24,000 nucleotides of DNA from Bacillus infantis (lineage in GTDB: Bacteria > Bacillota > Bacilli > Bacillales > Cytobacillaceae), in assembly GCF_020171945.1 (NCBI RefSeq), contig NZ_JAIVAP010000003.1, forward strand, positions 119,412 through 143,411, read 5' to 3'. The position numbers and the translations under genes were made by a program. Shown here in pieces: positions 22,358 through 24,000 of the stretch; within the stretch, counting starts at the first letter, position 1, and every line of letters starts with the position of its first letter. The notes under the pieces are model-generated. The model saw only the letters and a program-made list of their open reading frames with translations. It was not told the origin of the DNA and ran no database searches.

Positions 22358-23572
22358 ATGAAAAGCAGATCTTTCCGGTCTCTTTGGATTGGGCAGTCAC
22401 TTGCCAATTTAGGAGATGTGTTTTATATAGTAGGTTTGATATCCATTTTGTATTCTGTTACCGGGTCTCCGGTATACCTGGCACTGCTGCCGTTTTTGAA
22501 TATGGCAGGACGGGCGGTAAGCGGGGCTGTTTCGCCTTTATTGCTCAAAAGATACAGGCTGAAAACCATGCTTGTCGGCTCCCAGATGAGCAAGACGGCG
22601 GCATTGTTCATTCTTGCCGGCTGGCTTTTGGTGCAAAGCTCTCCGGGGATCATGTTTATATTAGTTTTGATTTTTATCAATGCCTTCTTTGATGGCTGGG
22701 CACTGCCTGCTTCAGATGCCATCCTTCCGAGGCTGGTTCAAAAAGAAGATTTGATGAAAGCCAACAGTTTCTTAGCCTTATTGAATGAGTCCATCCAATT
22801 GGGCGGCTGGGCGTTAGGGGGCATTTTGACGGCAGCGGCAGGCGGGCAGAAAGTTATCTGGCTAACACTTGCTTTCTATGCCTTTTCTACCTTTATGATG
22901 CAGTTGATTAGTGATAAGACACCTTTCGGGGCCAATCCTGAAAAGAAAAGTGGAGGGAAGGTCCTGATGGAAGGCTGGATCTCTATATGGACGCAGCCTG
23001 TTCTGCGCAGCCTTCATGTGGTGATTCTAATAGAAGCCATCGCTAACGTAGTCTGGATAGCTGCCATTCTTTATGTGTTTGTCGCTGAAGTTTTAAAGGC
23101 AGGGGAAGCATGGTGGGGTTATATTAATACGGTATTTTTCATGGGCTTGATATTGGGAGGAATTATATGCACAAAATTTTCTCATCTTTTTGAAAAAAAC
23201 ATGAAACTCACCTTAATATCGGCCTCTTTCGGAGTGGCGATTGTGACATTCCTTTTTGGCGCCAATTCACTGGCCTGGGCTGCATTACTATTAGTTTTTC
23301 TCAGCGGGCTTGTCCATCAGATTAAAGGCATCATCATGCACACCTATATACAAATAGAGGTTTCGGCAGAAGACCTGCCAAAGGTGTTCAGCGCCCAGCA
23401 TACACTGGTTTCCCTGGCATTCGGTTTATCAACATTATGGTTTGGTGCGATTGCAGAGAACATCAGTGTGAAGATAACTTTCGTGATTGCGGGAATATTG
23501 CTGGCGTTTGGCGGAATCTATCTGCTGGCGGTCAGAAAGAGATTCTCTCCGGATCTCATTTTAGAAAAATAA
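22358..23572 (+). CDS. MFS transporter (MFS_3 type)
   Basis: 404 aa and about 12 hydrophobic segments. The N-terminus FRSLWIGQSLANLGDVFYIV is typical of this subgroup. SD AGAGGGG with an 8-nt spacer. Confidence 0.9.
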   Translation: MKSRSFRSLWIGQSLANLGDVFYIVGLISILYSVTGSPVYLALLPFLNMAGRAVSGAVSPLLLKRYRLKTMLVGSQMSKTAALFILAGWLLVQSSPGIMFILVLIFINAFFDGWALPASDAILPRLVQKEDLMKANSFLALLNESIQLGGWALGGILTAAAGGQKVIWLTLAFYAFSTFMMQLISDKTPFGANPEKKSGGKVLMEGWISIWTQPVLRSLHVVILIEAIANVVWIAAILYVFVAEVLKAGEAWWGYINTVFFMGLILGGIICTKFSHLFEKNMKLTLISASFGVAIVTFLFGANSLAWAALLLVFLSGLVHQIKGIIMHTYIQIEVSAEDLPKVFSAQHTLVSLAFGLSTLWFGAIAENISVKITFVIAGILLAFGGIYLLAVRKRFSPDLILEK

Positions 23573-23577
23573 ACTGA

Positions 23578-23618
23578 CGAAGGCTGCATTTGGCTGACAA
23601 ATGCAGCCTTTATTTATG
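23578..23618 (+). terminator. Intrinsic terminator after the second MFS gene
   Basis: 12-bp stem AAGGCTGCATTT/AAATGCAGCCTT with a 7-nt loop, followed by TATTTAT. Confidence 0.8.
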
Positions 23619-23653
23619 TATATTGGACATATTAAAGATTTTTTATAAAAAAA

Positions 23654-23679
23654 TGAACGATTATGCTGGCCCCGCCGTC
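23654..23679 (+). promoter_or_regulatory. Candidate ECF-type (autoregulatory) promoter
   Basis: TGAAC (23654-23658), a 17-nt spacer, then CGTC (23676-23679), about 80 nt upstream of the sigma factor start. This fits the general GAAC...CGTC pattern of ECF promoters. Confidence 0.4.
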
Positions 23680-23760
23680 TTATGAATGAAAAGTAAATGA
23701 ACAGCAGCGGAACAGAGCAGGATAAGAGGAAAACTCATTAAAAGGCCATTGGAAGGACAG

Positions 23761-24000
23761 ATGTCAAAGATGGAAGAAAGAGAGCTCGTCAAGGCAGCCA
23801 ATAAAGGCGACAAAAGGGCACTGGCCATGCTTTTTAAACAAAATTATCCCTTTCTGGTCAAGTATTTGATCAAGGCGGCTATGGATAAGGATCTGGCAGA
23901 GGAGCTTGCCCAGGAAACAATGGCGAAATCCCTGGAAAAAATCCATTTGTATAATGGCCAATCGAAGTTCTCCTCCTGGCTCATTTCCATTGCGACCAAT
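23761..24000 (+). CDS. ECF-type RNA polymerase sigma factor, N-terminal part (3' end outside window)
   Basis: My own translation is MSKMEERELVKAANKGDKRALAMLFKQNYPFLVKYLIKAAMDKDLAEELAQETMAKSLEKIHLYNGQSKFSSWLISIATN. It shows sigma-70 region 2 motifs (DLAEELAQET, FSSWL.SIA.N). It is open to the window end and absent from the ORF track because it has no stop. The antisense track ORF 23764..23961 is rejected. Confidence 0.85.
   Translation, partial: MSKMEERELVKAANKGDKRALAMLFKQNYPFLVKYLIKAAMDKDLAEELAQETMAKSLEKIHLYNGQSKFSSWLISIATN

Noticed and set aside
22167-22400. 77-aa minus-strand ORF between the HAD and MFS genes
   Set aside because: It has no SD, overlaps the MFS start and the GNAT remnant, and shows AT-rich intergenic composition.
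18177-23572. The two MFS genes as flanking direct repeats of a mobile or accessory island
   Set aside because: The proteins belong to the same subfamily but are highly divergent. I see no DNA-level repeats at the borders and no recombinase.

Overview
This 24-kb window looks like ordinary chromosomal DNA of a Bacillaceae-type Firmicute. That is an inference from GGAGG-type ribosome-binding sites, hairpin plus T-run terminators and gene content. I can support about 20 protein-coding genes on both strands, one gene remnant, ten intrinsic terminators and two noncoding repeat structures. I see no rRNA, tRNA, CRISPR array, transposase, integrase or phage genes. Left to right: the 3' part of a two-component sensor kinase; a 53-bp x10 tandem hairpin array; a CNNM/CorC-type CBS-domain transporter downstream of a MerR-type regulator whose start region is frame-disrupted; a 55-58 aa ORF missing from the ORF track; a STAS-domain sensor protein; a RimJ/RimL-type GNAT; a soluble orphan histidine kinase with an RsbR-like N-terminal domain; an XRE regulator; a universal stress protein; a class A penicillin-binding protein; a 23-aa hydrophobic mini-ORF and a divergent HPr-like protein; isoaspartyl dipeptidase; a compact mannitol operon mtlA(IICBA)-mtlR-mtlD; an MFS transporter; a 580-bp noncoding region with four to five copies of a quasi-palindromic motif in nested inverted arrangement, ending in a terminator; a cupin; a membrane-anchored Lon-like (S16) peptidase-domain protein; a HAD phosphatase; a GNAT 3' remnant; a second MFS transporter; and the start of an ECF sigma factor. 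I did not recognise a coherent novel multi-gene system such as a defence island, biosynthetic cluster or prophage. The most unusual items are the two repeat structures, the split RsbR-like module pair and the divergent HPr-like gene. All functional calls rest on my own recognition of motifs in the translated ORFs, not on database searches.
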